Assembly: GCA_035576225.1 (NCBI GenBank)
Contig: DATLWQ010000304.1
Coordinates: forward strand, 1-33,138
Length of the DNA: 33,138 nucleotides
Source of the DNA: Fimbriimonadaceae bacterium
GTDB taxonomy: Bacteria > Armatimonadota > Fimbriimonadia > Fimbriimonadales > Fimbriimonadaceae
Direction: 5' to 3'
Below the pieces are notes generated by a model that worked only from the letters and a program-made list of their open reading frames with translations, made no database searches and was not told where the DNA came from. Shown here piece after piece: positions 25,255 through 32,958 of the stretch (its first letter is position 1; each line of letters begins with the position of its first letter). Position numbers and translations under genes: made by a program.

Positions 25255-25959
25255 CTACTCGAAACTGCTCCTCTTGAGTTCGTCCGTGTCGATGATCGTC
25301 ACGTAGTGGTCGTCTGTCCTGACCAGCCCGCTCCTCTGCCAGCGGCTGAACACGCGGATCGCCGACTCGACGGTCGTCCCGGCCATTTCCGCCAGGTCGC
25401 GCCGCATCAGCGGCATCTGCAGCCTGACGCCTGCGGACGTCTCTTCTCCATACGACTGCGCAAGCAGCAGCAGGATCACAGCGATTTTGGCCTCGACGCT
25501 CCCGGTCGAGAGGTGCGCCATGATCTCCATCCTCTCCCTGAACCGGTGGGTCGTCCGCTTGAGCAGGCTCGCCCGGAGCAGTCTGTTGTTGTCGTAGATC
25601 GGCAGGAAGGCGGCCTTTGGAATCTTGAGGTACCAGGTGAAGCAGACCGCGCGCGCCATCAGGGGGCAGCCTGTCCCCTCGATCATTCCGAGCAGCCCGA
25701 AGATCTGCCCGGGGCCGAACACTTCAAAGGTCGTCTGGTGGCCGGGGCCCATGCTCCGGACCATCTTGACGAACCCGGCGCCGACGAGACCGTAGAATTC
25801 GACCTGGCTCCCATTGATCCAAATTGTCTCGCCCCTTTCGGCGGATGCCATGTGAGACACCTTCGCCAGTTCGTCGAGATCCTCGGCCGGGAGGGTGTTG
25901 AAGAGTGTGCTAGATCTTAGGGCTCCAATATTCGTAGGTCGCTCTGGGACCGAAGACAC
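25255..25959 (-). CDS. Crp/Fnr-family transcriptional regulator (no N-terminal FNR Cys cluster)
   Basis: 234 aa with a cNMP-binding-type beta-roll (LFNTLPAEDLDELAK...GETIWINGSQVEFYGLVGAGFVKM) and a C-terminal HTH (RRDLAEMAGTTVESAIRVFSRWQRSGLV). The start is GTG 25959. The first in-frame ATG would truncate the domain. Confidence 0.85.
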   Translation of the reverse strand: MSSVPERPTNIGALRSSTLFNTLPAEDLDELAKVSHMASAERGETIWINGSQVEFYGLVGAGFVKMVRSMGPGHQTTFEVFGPGQIFGLLGMIEGTGCPLMARAVCFTWYLKIPKAAFLPIYDNNRLLRASLLKRTTHRFRERMEIMAHLSTGSVEAKIAVILLLLAQSYGEETSAGVRLQMPLMRRDLAEMAGTTVESAIRVFSRWQRSGLVRTDDHYVTIIDTDELKRSSFE

Positions 25960-25967
25960 TTTTCAGA

Positions 25968-25997
25968 ATGATATCACGAAGGCCAGGTTCGCGTCTA
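25968..25997 (-). promoter_or_regulatory. promoter candidate TAGACG-18 nt-TGaTATCAT, with the -10 ending 8 nt before the GTG start (leaderless-type geometry)
   Basis: The minus strand reads TAGACG (25997-25992) ... TGA TATCAT (25976-25968) TCTGAAAA GTG. No Shine-Dalgarno sequence. Confidence 0.4.
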
Positions 25998-26125
25998 TTG
26001 CGCGGGTGCAGGATTAGCGCGCTGTAGACTTCGTTAGACGGGATGCCGGGAGGTCTTCAGGCTACTGATCGGATGGGCTGCTTGATCGTCAGCAGGCTGC
26101 TGTTGATCCAAATCGGGGAGGAAGT

Positions 26126-26201
26126 GGCTGCCGCTGTAGGACTCGAACCTACGACCCGCTGATTAACAGTCAGCTGCTCTACCAACTGAGCTAAGCGGCA
26201 G
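26126..26201 (-). tRNA. tRNA-Asn (anticodon GTT), CCA encoded
   Basis: 76-nt cloverleaf read by hand: acceptor TGCCGCT/AGCGGCA, D arm GCTC-AGTTGGTA-GAGC, anticodon arm GCTGA-CTGTTAA-TCAGC, variable loop GGGTC, T arm GTAGG-TTCGAGT-CCTAC, discriminator G, CCA. A TAGAAT -10-like hexamer (26219-26214) lies 12 nt upstream of the 5' end. Confidence 0.93.
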
Positions 26202-26265
26202 TCTGAACCGGGATTCTACCTAAGGTTATCGGTGCACGAAGCCGCTCTCGTGAGGCTTTGGGGCT

Positions 26266-27741
26266 CTAGACTTTCGACCTCATCTCAGAGTCCAGACGCC
26301 TGCCCTCAGACGCGCACAGCGAAGCCAGTTCCTGCACGTCGCTGAAGCCCGTCCGGAAGTTCACGATGCACGCCCGCAGCAGGTATTCACCATCGATCAC
26401 GGCGTTCGAGACGAAGGCCCGCCCGCTGTTGCACACGGCCGAAAGGATCGCCTCGTTCAGGCGGTTGAGGTATTCGGTGTCGGTCACCCCAGGCGGCACG
26501 TATCGGAAGCAGGCGATCGAGAGGCGGCACGACTTCAACTCCAGTTCTGGTTCGTCTTCAACGAAGCCAGCAAGCGCCCGCGCGAGCGCGACGTCCTGCC
26601 CGATGGTCTCGACGTATCCCTTGCGACCCAACTGCCGCAGAACCGTCCACACCTTGAGCGCGCGAAACGCGCGCGAGTTCTGGATTCCCACCTCGAAGAA
26701 ACTGATCCAGTCCTCACTGTCTTCGCGGCCGAAGTGATAGTAGGGCGGACGATATGAAAACGCATCGAGGAGGCACTGGCGGTCTCGAGTGAGAACGCAA
26801 CCCGCCTCTAGCGGAGAATAGAGCCACTTGTGCGGATCGACTGCGATGGAGTCCGCGCGTGCGAGTGCTTTCAGTCCTGCTGGTGCCTCGGGCAAGCATG
26901 CCGCCGGCGCGCCATAGGCGCCGTCAACGTGCAGCCACAGGCCGTGCTTTTCGCAGACGTCGGCGATTCCACCGATGTCGTCGACTTGGCCCGTGCTGAC
27001 GGTTCCTCCCGAGGCGACGACAAGAAACGGCTTTAGCCCGTTATCCTTGTCTCGCAAGACCGCCTGCTCGAGGTCGGTCGGCGACATGAGTTCATCCTTT
27101 CCAGGCAACATGCGCACCGCGTCGCGACCGACGCCAGAGAGGTCGCTCGCCTTCTCTAGCCAGGTGTGCGTCGCTGCGGGTGCATAGGCACACAGTCCAG
27201 GGGAGACGCCTTTCGACCGCGACTCCTGGCCGAGGGCGGCGGTCCGCGCGACCCAAAAACCGATCATGTTTGCGACGTTTCCGCCGCTGCACATCAAGCC
27301 AGAGCACGGCGACCGGTAGCCGAGCAGTTCGCCGATCCACTGGACAGTCTGAATCTCGATCGCACCGGCCACTGGCGAGAGCGGCCAGCCGCCGCAGTTC
27401 GGGTTGATGCTGGCGGCAAGCAGGTCGGAGAGTACGCCGAGAGGTGCAGCGGAAGAGGTGATATAGCCCATGAACCGCGGGTGCCCGTTCAATAGCGAGC
27501 CGGCCGCCATCGCTTCGAACGAACTTCGCATGACCTCGCCGGCGTCCTCGCCCTCATCGGGCAGGCGGCGCTTTCCGATGAGAGACCACGCCTGCGCAGG
27601 GTCGTCCCCGGGCGTAACCGGGCGCTCGTCCACGGTGTCCCAGAAATCGGCGAGGCCGTCCACCAGCGCGTGGCCGATCTCCCGGAACTGCTCCGCGCTG
27701 AGGTCCACGGGGGAGCGTCTCGGGTCGAGTCCGTCTGTCAT
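26266..27741 (-). CDS. group II PLP-dependent amino-acid decarboxylase (aromatic-L-amino-acid/tyrosine decarboxylase-like)
   Basis: 491 aa from ATG 27741 (MTDGLDPRR...); the tracked ORF begins at a TTG three codons upstream. Group II decarboxylase blocks are present, including HVDGAYGAPA and the PLP-lysine block SIAVDPHKWLYSPLEAG. Confidence 0.88.
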   Translation of the reverse strand: MTDGLDPRRSPVDLSAEQFREIGHALVDGLADFWDTVDERPVTPGDDPAQAWSLIGKRRLPDEGEDAGEVMRSSFEAMAAGSLLNGHPRFMGYITSSAAPLGVLSDLLAASINPNCGGWPLSPVAGAIEIQTVQWIGELLGYRSPCSGLMCSGGNVANMIGFWVARTAALGQESRSKGVSPGLCAYAPAATHTWLEKASDLSGVGRDAVRMLPGKDELMSPTDLEQAVLRDKDNGLKPFLVVASGGTVSTGQVDDIGGIADVCEKHGLWLHVDGAYGAPAACLPEAPAGLKALARADSIAVDPHKWLYSPLEAGCVLTRDRQCLLDAFSYRPPYYHFGREDSEDWISFFEVGIQNSRAFRALKVWTVLRQLGRKGYVETIGQDVALARALAGFVEDEPELELKSCRLSIACFRYVPPGVTDTEYLNRLNEAILSAVCNSGRAFVSNAVIDGEYLLRACIVNFRTGFSDVQELASLCASEGRRLDSEMRSKV

Positions 27742-27749
27742 ATGGCCCA

Positions 27750-27755
27750 ATGATA
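27750..27755 (-). promoter_or_regulatory. -10-like hexamer TATCAT, 8 nt upstream of the decarboxylase ATG (leaderless-type geometry)
   Basis: The minus strand reads GGGGA TATCAT TGGGCCAT ATG. The same GATATCATT 9-mer sits at the same offset upstream of the Crp/Fnr gene. Confidence 0.35.
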
Positions 27756-27831
27756 TCCCCGGGTTTGGTTTGGTGCGATTCGTGCAGTAGACTCAAAGTC
27801 ATAAGCCTCACTGGCGAGGCGGAGGAGTAGC

Positions 27832-28782
27832 ATGGACGGCTACAAGCATCTAGATTTCTTACAGGTCACCGAGGAGGCGGCGCTCGCGTCGTCGCGATGG
27901 GTCGGAAAAGGCAAGCGCGACGAGGCCGACCAGGCCGCGTGCGAGGCCATGCGGTCGCGCCTGAACTCGATGGAGATGTGCGCGACCATCGTCATCGGCG
28001 AGGGTGAGCGCGACGAAGCGCCGATGCTCTACATCGGCGAGAAACTGGGCAGGGGCGAGGGCCCGAACATCCAGATCGCGGTCGACCCGCTCGAGGGGAC
28101 CAACCTGTGCGCCAACGGCACGCCCAACGCGATCTCCGTGCTCGCTGCCGCTGTCGAGGGTGAAGGCTTCCTCATGCACGCGCCTGACTGCTACATGGAG
28201 AAACTCGTCGTCGGTGCGGAGTGCGTCGGTGTCGTGGACATCACGCTTCCGCCGCGCGTCAACGTGCGACTCATCGCCAAGGCGCTGGGTAAGGACGTCG
28301 ATGAGTGCATCATCGGCATCCTCGACAGGCCGCGCCACGAGGCGCTCATCTCCGAACTCCGCGAGGCCGGTTGCCGCGTGCACCTCGTGCCGGACGGCGA
28401 CCTTTCCGTCGCCATCGCCGCGCTCGACCCCGAATCGGGCATCGACGGGCTGATGGGCATCGGCGGTGCGCCGGAAGGCGTCATCACCGCCGCGGCGGTG
28501 CTGTGCACGGGCGGCGAGATGCAGGCGCGACTCAAGTTGCGCGACGACAAGGAGCGCTCCCGCGCCGAGAGCATGATCGAAGGAGACGTCGACCGTGTGT
28601 TCCGCACCAAGGACATGGCGTCGGGCGGCGTCGTCTTCGCGGCGACCGGGATCACGTCGGGCGACCTTCTCAAAGGCGTGCGCTACAAGCGCAACTACGC
28701 GCAGACCGAGAGCATCGTGATGCGCTCGAACGGAATCATCCGTCGCATCGAGACGGTGCACATGGAAGAGCCGGCGCACTAG
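27832..28782 (+). CDS. glpX: class II fructose-1,6-bisphosphatase
   Basis: 316 aa with GlpX blocks (TEEAALASSRWVGKG, VIGEGERDEAPMLYIGEKLG, AVDPLEGTN, GIGGAPEGVITAAA). A strong SD GGAGGAG lies 4 nt upstream of the ATG. Confidence 0.92.
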   Translation: MDGYKHLDFLQVTEEAALASSRWVGKGKRDEADQAACEAMRSRLNSMEMCATIVIGEGERDEAPMLYIGEKLGRGEGPNIQIAVDPLEGTNLCANGTPNAISVLAAAVEGEGFLMHAPDCYMEKLVVGAECVGVVDITLPPRVNVRLIAKALGKDVDECIIGILDRPRHEALISELREAGCRVHLVPDGDLSVAIAALDPESGIDGLMGIGGAPEGVITAAAVLCTGGEMQARLKLRDDKERSRAESMIEGDVDRVFRTKDMASGGVVFAATGITSGDLLKGVRYKRNYAQTESIVMRSNGIIRRIETVHMEEPAH

Positions 28783-31016
28783 CACGCGTTGAGGTTCTTG
28801 CGCTTTGCGGCGATTGATCCCGCTTGCCTGCGCACTGTCAGTTTGTCCTGGGGAGTGGGGAAGACCGTCACAGCCGTGTTCTTGAACGCCGGAGTGCGCG
28901 AGGCGGGGTCGGCGCGGCGTGGGACGAGCGCGTTAGCCTCGGGGAAGTACATGACGACGTTGCCGGGCCGCACGTCGATCTCCCTCACAAGCAAGTTGTG
29001 CATCTCTGCCGTCGCGCTCTTGACCGTCGCGCGCTGGTCTGCGTGCAGACCGAGCCGAGCGATGTCGTCCGCGTGCATCATCACGACGTCGCGACGCTCC
29101 TGTCCGCGGTAGCGGTCCTCCTCTTCATAGACGACGGTGTTGAACTGTCCCTCCGAGCGGACAGTTATGAGTCGTAGATCGTCTGTTGTCGCGGGCATGT
29201 CGATCGAGTGGAACTGCGCGCGTCCGTTCGGAGTCCGGAAGACCGGCTCGTGGAACGTGCGTCCCCCGATCTGGAACTCCTCCTTGGTCTTGCCGATGTC
29301 GGAGATCTTCTCGTATCCCGTGACGACCGCACCGATCGCTTCTCGCACGGTGTCGTGCGAGCGCAGCGCCTCCCAGTCGATCGTGTCACCGGGGAAGAGC
29401 CGTTGCGCGAGGTCCACGGTTACGTCGACTTCGCTGCGCGGGCCGTCGAGGCGCTTCGGTCCGCCGTCGGAGAGGCGCACGTAATTGAACATCGACTCCT
29501 GTGTCGTGGCCTCGCTCTCCTCGTCGCGTGCGAGGACAGGCAGGATGAGCGTCTCCTTGCCCCGGCCCCATGCATGTCCTGTGTTGAGGGTCGTCGAGAG
29601 AAACACAACTTGGTCGATCTGTGACAGCGCGCGGTGGGCGGATAAGGCATCTGGGTTGGAACCGTAGAGGTTGCCGCCGAGGCACAGCGCGAACTTGATG
29701 TGCCCTTCGGTCGCACGCTCCAGGCAGCCGAGGGTGTCAAGTCCGGCCGACTTCGGCATCGAAATGCCGAAGAGCGACTCCAGGCGGTCGAGCATCGCGC
29801 CCTTGAGTTTTGGGACGACTCCCATCGAGCCGATGCCCTGCACGTTGGAGTGTCCGCGCAGCGGAAGGAGACCGCAGTTGGGCTTGCCGAGCATCCCGCG
29901 TAGCATCGCGAGGTTCGCAATCGCCTGCACGTTCTGCACGCCGTTCGTATGGTGTGTGATCCCCATCGCCCATGCGAAGACAGTCTTTTGAGAAGCGGCG
30001 TAGAGCCGCGCGGCCTCTTGGATTTCCGACTTCGGAACTCCGGACAGGGCGGTGACCGTCTCCCAGTCTGTTTGTTCGACTTGCAGCATGAACTCCTGCG
30101 AACCGTCGGTGTAGTTGTCGATGAACTCTTCGTCAATTGCGCCGCGCTCGATGATCGCCTTTGCGATCCCCAAAAGGAGCGCGGCGTCGCCGCCCGCGTG
30201 CGGCTGGATGTAGAGGTCGCACGACTGCGACCCGAAGAGTAGGCTGCGCACGTCTGACGGCACGCGGAACGACTCGAGGCCCGGCTCGCGCAGTGGGTTA
30301 ATGACGACGACCTTTCCTCCGCGACGCCGCAGATTGAGCAGCGTGCGCATGAAGCGCGGGTGGTTGCTGGCGGGGTTCGCTCCGATCAGGAACAGCAGGT
30401 CGCAGTGCTCAAGGTCCTCTAGGACGACGGTCGCAGTGCCGGACCCGGTGACCGACGTGAGACCGACGCCGGAGGCCTGGTGGCAGTAGTACGAGCAGTT
30501 GTTGACGTTGTTGGTGCCGTACCTGCGTGCGAGCAGTTGCAGGAGGAAGCCGGCCTCGTTGGAAGAGCGGCCGCTGAAGTAGAAGAACGACTCTTCGGGG
30601 TCCGTCTTTTTGAGTTTATCGGCGACCTTGTCGAGCGCCTCGTCCCAGCCGATCTTGCGGTAGTGCGTGTCGCCCGGGGAAGCGTAGAGCGGCTGCGTGA
30701 GACGACCTGCGGACTCGAGTTCGCGCGGTGAGAACCCTTTGAGGTCCCCGAGCGAGAACTCGCTGAAGAACTCGGGAAGTACTGCGCCCTGCATGTCGGC
30801 GGCCATCGCCTGGATGCTCTTTTTGCAGACCTCAGGGAAGTGCCCGATCTCGTTGACCATCCCGCCCTTTTGTCCGCCCATGCCGAGCGCGCAGGTCTTG
30901 CAGGCGTTGCGGGTCCGCAGCGCCTTGTACATACGGAGGAAGCCGCCCGCCTCGCGCGACTTTTTGAGCGCGTAGGCTATGGCGGCGAAGCCTCCGCCGC
31001 TGGGCCGCTTGGTCAT
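28779..31016 (-). CDS. FdhF/YdeP-family molybdopterin oxidoreductase
   Basis: 745 aa. Extended similarity to my recollection of E. coli YdeP (ESAGRLTQPLY, FYFSGRSSNEAGFLLQLLARRYGTNNVNNCSYYCHQASGVGL, LRGHSNVQG). The N-terminal Cys group is CKTCALGMGG...CKKS. The ORF is uninterrupted, with no in-frame TGA. Confidence 0.88.
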   Translation of the reverse strand: MTKRPSGGGFAAIAYALKKSREAGGFLRMYKALRTRNACKTCALGMGGQKGGMVNEIGHFPEVCKKSIQAMAADMQGAVLPEFFSEFSLGDLKGFSPRELESAGRLTQPLYASPGDTHYRKIGWDEALDKVADKLKKTDPEESFFYFSGRSSNEAGFLLQLLARRYGTNNVNNCSYYCHQASGVGLTSVTGSGTATVVLEDLEHCDLLFLIGANPASNHPRFMRTLLNLRRRGGKVVVINPLREPGLESFRVPSDVRSLLFGSQSCDLYIQPHAGGDAALLLGIAKAIIERGAIDEEFIDNYTDGSQEFMLQVEQTDWETVTALSGVPKSEIQEAARLYAASQKTVFAWAMGITHHTNGVQNVQAIANLAMLRGMLGKPNCGLLPLRGHSNVQGIGSMGVVPKLKGAMLDRLESLFGISMPKSAGLDTLGCLERATEGHIKFALCLGGNLYGSNPDALSAHRALSQIDQVVFLSTTLNTGHAWGRGKETLILPVLARDEESEATTQESMFNYVRLSDGGPKRLDGPRSEVDVTVDLAQRLFPGDTIDWEALRSHDTVREAIGAVVTGYEKISDIGKTKEEFQIGGRTFHEPVFRTPNGRAQFHSIDMPATTDDLRLITVRSEGQFNTVVYEEEDRYRGQERRDVVMMHADDIARLGLHADQRATVKSATAEMHNLLVREIDVRPGNVVMYFPEANALVPRRADPASRTPAFKNTAVTVFPTPQDKLTVRRQAGSIAAKRKNLNAC

Positions 31017-31023
31017 ATTTGTG

Positions 31024-31029
31024 ATGTTA
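31024..31029 (-). promoter_or_regulatory. -10-like hexamer TAACAT, 7 nt upstream of the ydeP-like ATG (leaderless-type geometry)
   Basis: The minus strand reads CGG TAACAT CACAAAT ATG. No SD and no good -35; the phased A-tract array lies immediately upstream. Confidence 0.4.
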
Positions 31030-31060
31030 CCGAAGGACGAGATCGCGCTCTTTTATGGAT

Positions 31061-31137
31061 TCTCCCGTTTCCCTCCCGTTTTCTCCCGTTTGTTGCGTGA
31101 TTTCCGCTCCCGTTTTTCTCCGTTTTTCTCCGTTTTT
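31061..31137. repeat. array of six helically phased short repeats CTCC(C)GTTT(TT) (A-tracts on the minus strand)
   Basis: Copies start at 31062, 31073, 31083, 31107, 31118 and 31128, giving spacings of 11, 10, 24, 11 and 10 bp. The minus strand reads AAAACGGAG / AAACGGGAG repeatedly. The array sits 45-120 bp upstream of the ydeP-like start. Confidence 0.8.
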
Positions 31138-31239
31138 GTGGAGGCCTTTTGCAGGCCAGCCTTAGAACCGTGCGTTCTTCGGCTAACAGTCTTCTTGACG
31201 CCTCGCCTTGCGTGAAGGTTCCTGGAGCGAAAAAACAGT

Positions 31240-31263
31240 CTTGACACGGCGTCAAGGCATAAT
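31240..31263 (+). promoter_or_regulatory. palindrome CTTGAC-ACGGC-GTCAAG abutting a -10-like CATAAT 7 nt upstream of the C-N hydrolase ATG
   Basis: 17-bp dyad at 31240-31256. CATAAT at 31258-31263, then CCCTGCC, then ATG 31271. A partial copy of the left arm, AACAGTCTTCTTGACGCC, lies at 31185-31202. Confidence 0.4.
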
Positions 31264-31270
31264 CCCTGCC

Positions 31271-32089
31271 ATGCGCATCGCCCTGGTCCAACAGCACGCC
31301 ACGCACGACAAGGCGGAGAACGTCGCGCGCGGTCTGCGCGCGGCCGCTTACGCCGCGTCGGAGGGTGCGCAGGTGGTGGCGTTCGCGGAACTCGCCTTCG
31401 AGCGGTTCCATCCGCAGGAGCCGGCGAGCGGAGACCTGTCACGACTGGCCGAAACGGTACCCGGCCCGACGGTCGAGCGGTTCCAGGAGTTCGCGCGCGA
31501 GAACGGGGTCGTATTCGTGCTCAACCTCTACGAGCAGGACGGCGACAAGTATTACGACTGCTCGCCGGTGATCGACGCGGACGGGACGCTGATGGGGCGC
31601 ACGCGAATGGCGCACATCACAGACTATCCGTGCTTCCATGAGCGCGGCTACTATGCGCCAGGCGACACGGGCGCGCCTGTCTATGAGACGGCCCACGGCA
31701 AGATCGGCGTGGCGATCTGTTACGACCGGCACTACCCGGAGTACATGCGGATGCTCGCGCTGGACGGAGCGGAGGTGGTGTTCGTACCTCAGGCGGGGGC
31801 AGAAGACGAGTGGCCGGAAGGGCTGTATGAGGCGGAGGTGCGCGTCGCGGCTTTCCAAAACGGGATCTTTGTCGCGCTTTGCAACCGAGTTGGCAGGGAA
31901 GAGAAGTTGGTGTTCGGCGGCGAGTCCTTTGTGAGCGCGCCGGACGGGACGGTGCTGGCGCGAGCGCCGAGGGGCGAGGACGCGGTTCTCTTGGCGGACC
32001 TCGACCTTTCGCAGGTGGAGGGCAGCCACGCTAAGCGGCTCTTCTTGCGCGACCGCCGTCCTGAGTTGTATGAGCGGCTCTGCAAGTAA
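31271..32089 (+). CDS. carbon-nitrogen hydrolase (nitrilase superfamily) protein
   Basis: ORF 31208..32089 trimmed to ATG 31271 (MRIALVQQHATHDK...). Nitrilase-superfamily blocks are present: VVAFAELAF (Glu) and GKIGVAICYDRHYPE (Cys). The block expected to hold the catalytic Lys reads GRTRMAHITD. Confidence 0.82.
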   Translation: MRIALVQQHATHDKAENVARGLRAAAYAASEGAQVVAFAELAFERFHPQEPASGDLSRLAETVPGPTVERFQEFARENGVVFVLNLYEQDGDKYYDCSPVIDADGTLMGRTRMAHITDYPCFHERGYYAPGDTGAPVYETAHGKIGVAICYDRHYPEYMRMLALDGAEVVFVPQAGAEDEWPEGLYEAEVRVAAFQNGIFVALCNRVGREEKLVFGGESFVSAPDGTVLARAPRGEDAVLLADLDLSQVEGSHAKRLFLRDRRPELYERLCK

Positions 32090-32095
32090 GAACCT

Positions 32096-32104
32096 TGGTA
32101 ACCT
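32096..32104 (+). promoter_or_regulatory. extended -10-like TGgTAACCT, 7 nt upstream of the TlpA-like ATG
   Basis: TGG TAACCT AGTCGGC ATG(32112). This lies just after the C-N hydrolase stop, so read-through from upstream is an alternative. Confidence 0.3.
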
Positions 32105-32111
32105 AGTCGGC

Positions 32112-32957
32112 ATGAAGCGAACTTTGGCCCTGTTGCTCGCCGCCGCCGCGGTCTTGGCGATGGGAGCGTCGGTCGTCGGCGACGCTGCCTCGATCTCGAA
32201 ATCGATCGGGACGCTGCGGTCCCTTCCGCACGACAAGCGCGTAGAGTTGACGAAGGACCTTGCGCTACAGATCCGTGACCTGAAGCCCGGCAAGGAGAAG
32301 GTCGCTCTGGCGTCTGGCCTGGCCAACGTCTCGACCGAGGGCGACTTCGGAAGCGACACGCTACAAGAGGTGACTGTGACCCTCGCGTCGGCCGTGCGCG
32401 AGTCGCCACCGGCGCAACAAGAGAACGGACAGCCCGCGCGCGTCTATACGACGCTCGCGAACCTCGCGCGCTACGAGCACATGCACGTCGACCTGGACTC
32501 GGCCGACTACATCGCGGCGCTGCACGACATTGTGAGCCTGGAGGAAGAGCGCGCGAAACTTGACTTCACGCTGACCGACATCTCGGGGAAGGAGTGGACG
32601 CTCTCGTCACTGAAGGGCAGGGTGGTGCTCGTCAATTTTTGGGCGACGTGGTGTCCGCCGTGCCGCAAGGAGATGCCGGACCTGGAGGTGCTCTACAACC
32701 GGTTTAAGGACCAGGGCCTCGTCGTACTCTCCATCTCGGACGAGAAACCGGAGACGGTCAGGCCTTACATCGCGGAGCACAAGTTCACATACCCGATCCT
32801 GCTCGACCCGGGCCGCAAGGTCAACTCGGCCTTCAAGATCGACAGCATTCCTAAGAACTTCGTCTACAACCGCGAAGGGCGGATCGTCGCGCAGTCGATC
32901 GACATGCGCACGCAGGAGCAGTTCCTGAAGATGCTCGCGCTGGCCGGGTTGAAGTAG
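32112..32957 (+). CDS. TlpA/ResA-like periplasmic thiol:disulfide oxidoreductase (thioredoxin fold) with an N-terminal extension
   Basis: ORF 32070..32957 trimmed to ATG 32112 (MKRTLALLLAAAAVLAMG, a signal peptide). The thioredoxin block is VVLVNFWATWCPPCRKEMPDLE. A redoxin-type C-terminal half is present (YPILLDPGRKV...IPKNFVYNREGRIV). Confidence 0.85.
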   Translation: MKRTLALLLAAAAVLAMGASVVGDAASISKSIGTLRSLPHDKRVELTKDLALQIRDLKPGKEKVALASGLANVSTEGDFGSDTLQEVTVTLASAVRESPPAQQENGQPARVYTTLANLARYEHMHVDLDSADYIAALHDIVSLEEERAKLDFTLTDISGKEWTLSSLKGRVVLVNFWATWCPPCRKEMPDLEVLYNRFKDQGLVVLSISDEKPETVRPYIAEHKFTYPILLDPGRKVNSAFKIDSIPKNFVYNREGRIVAQSIDMRTQEQFLKMLALAGLK

Positions 32958-32958
32958 C

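Noticed and set aside
26088-26104. The palindromic CAGCAGGCTGCTG, and a CACGA...TCGTG stem at 26233-26250, as terminators flanking the tRNA.
   Set aside because: The stems are short (5-6 bp), the first has a loop too small to form, and neither is followed by a T-run on either strand.
26104-26117. FNR-box-like TTGAT-CCAA-ATCGG between the tRNA and the Crp/Fnr gene.
   Set aside because: The right half-site is TCG rather than TCA, giving 8/10 overall. This is a single occurrence about 145 nt from the start and it is not dyad-symmetric, so it is consistent with chance.
25960-26265. tRNA-Asn as an integration site, which would make the neighbouring respiratory cluster a genomic island.
   Set aside because: There is no integrase, recombinase or transposase ORF anywhere in the window. 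I could find no direct repeat of the tRNA 3' half (GGTTCGAGTCCTACAGCGGCA) elsewhere. By eye, base composition looks uniform across the boundary.
28779-28782. Convergent glpX and ydeP-like genes end on a shared CTAG, with the two TAG stops overlapping by 2 nt and no room for terminators.
   Set aside because: It is real in the sequence but is a trivial consequence of compact packing. I see no evidence of any special mechanism.
28779-31016. Selenocysteine recoding or a frameshift in the FdhF/YdeP-family gene.
   Set aside because: The reading frame is uninterrupted over 745 codons with no in-frame TGA. The YdeP branch is not known to me as a selenoprotein.
31061-31137. The short repeat array as a CRISPR or minisatellite locus.
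   Set aside because: The units are about 10 nt with no spacers and are degenerate. There are no cas genes. The array is better explained as phased A/T tracts in a promoter region.
31241-31263. TTGACA (31241-31246) plus CATAAT (31258-31263) as a consensus sigma70 promoter.
   Set aside because: The spacer is only 11 nt, against the 16-18 nt required. TTGACA is better explained as part of the 17-bp palindrome.
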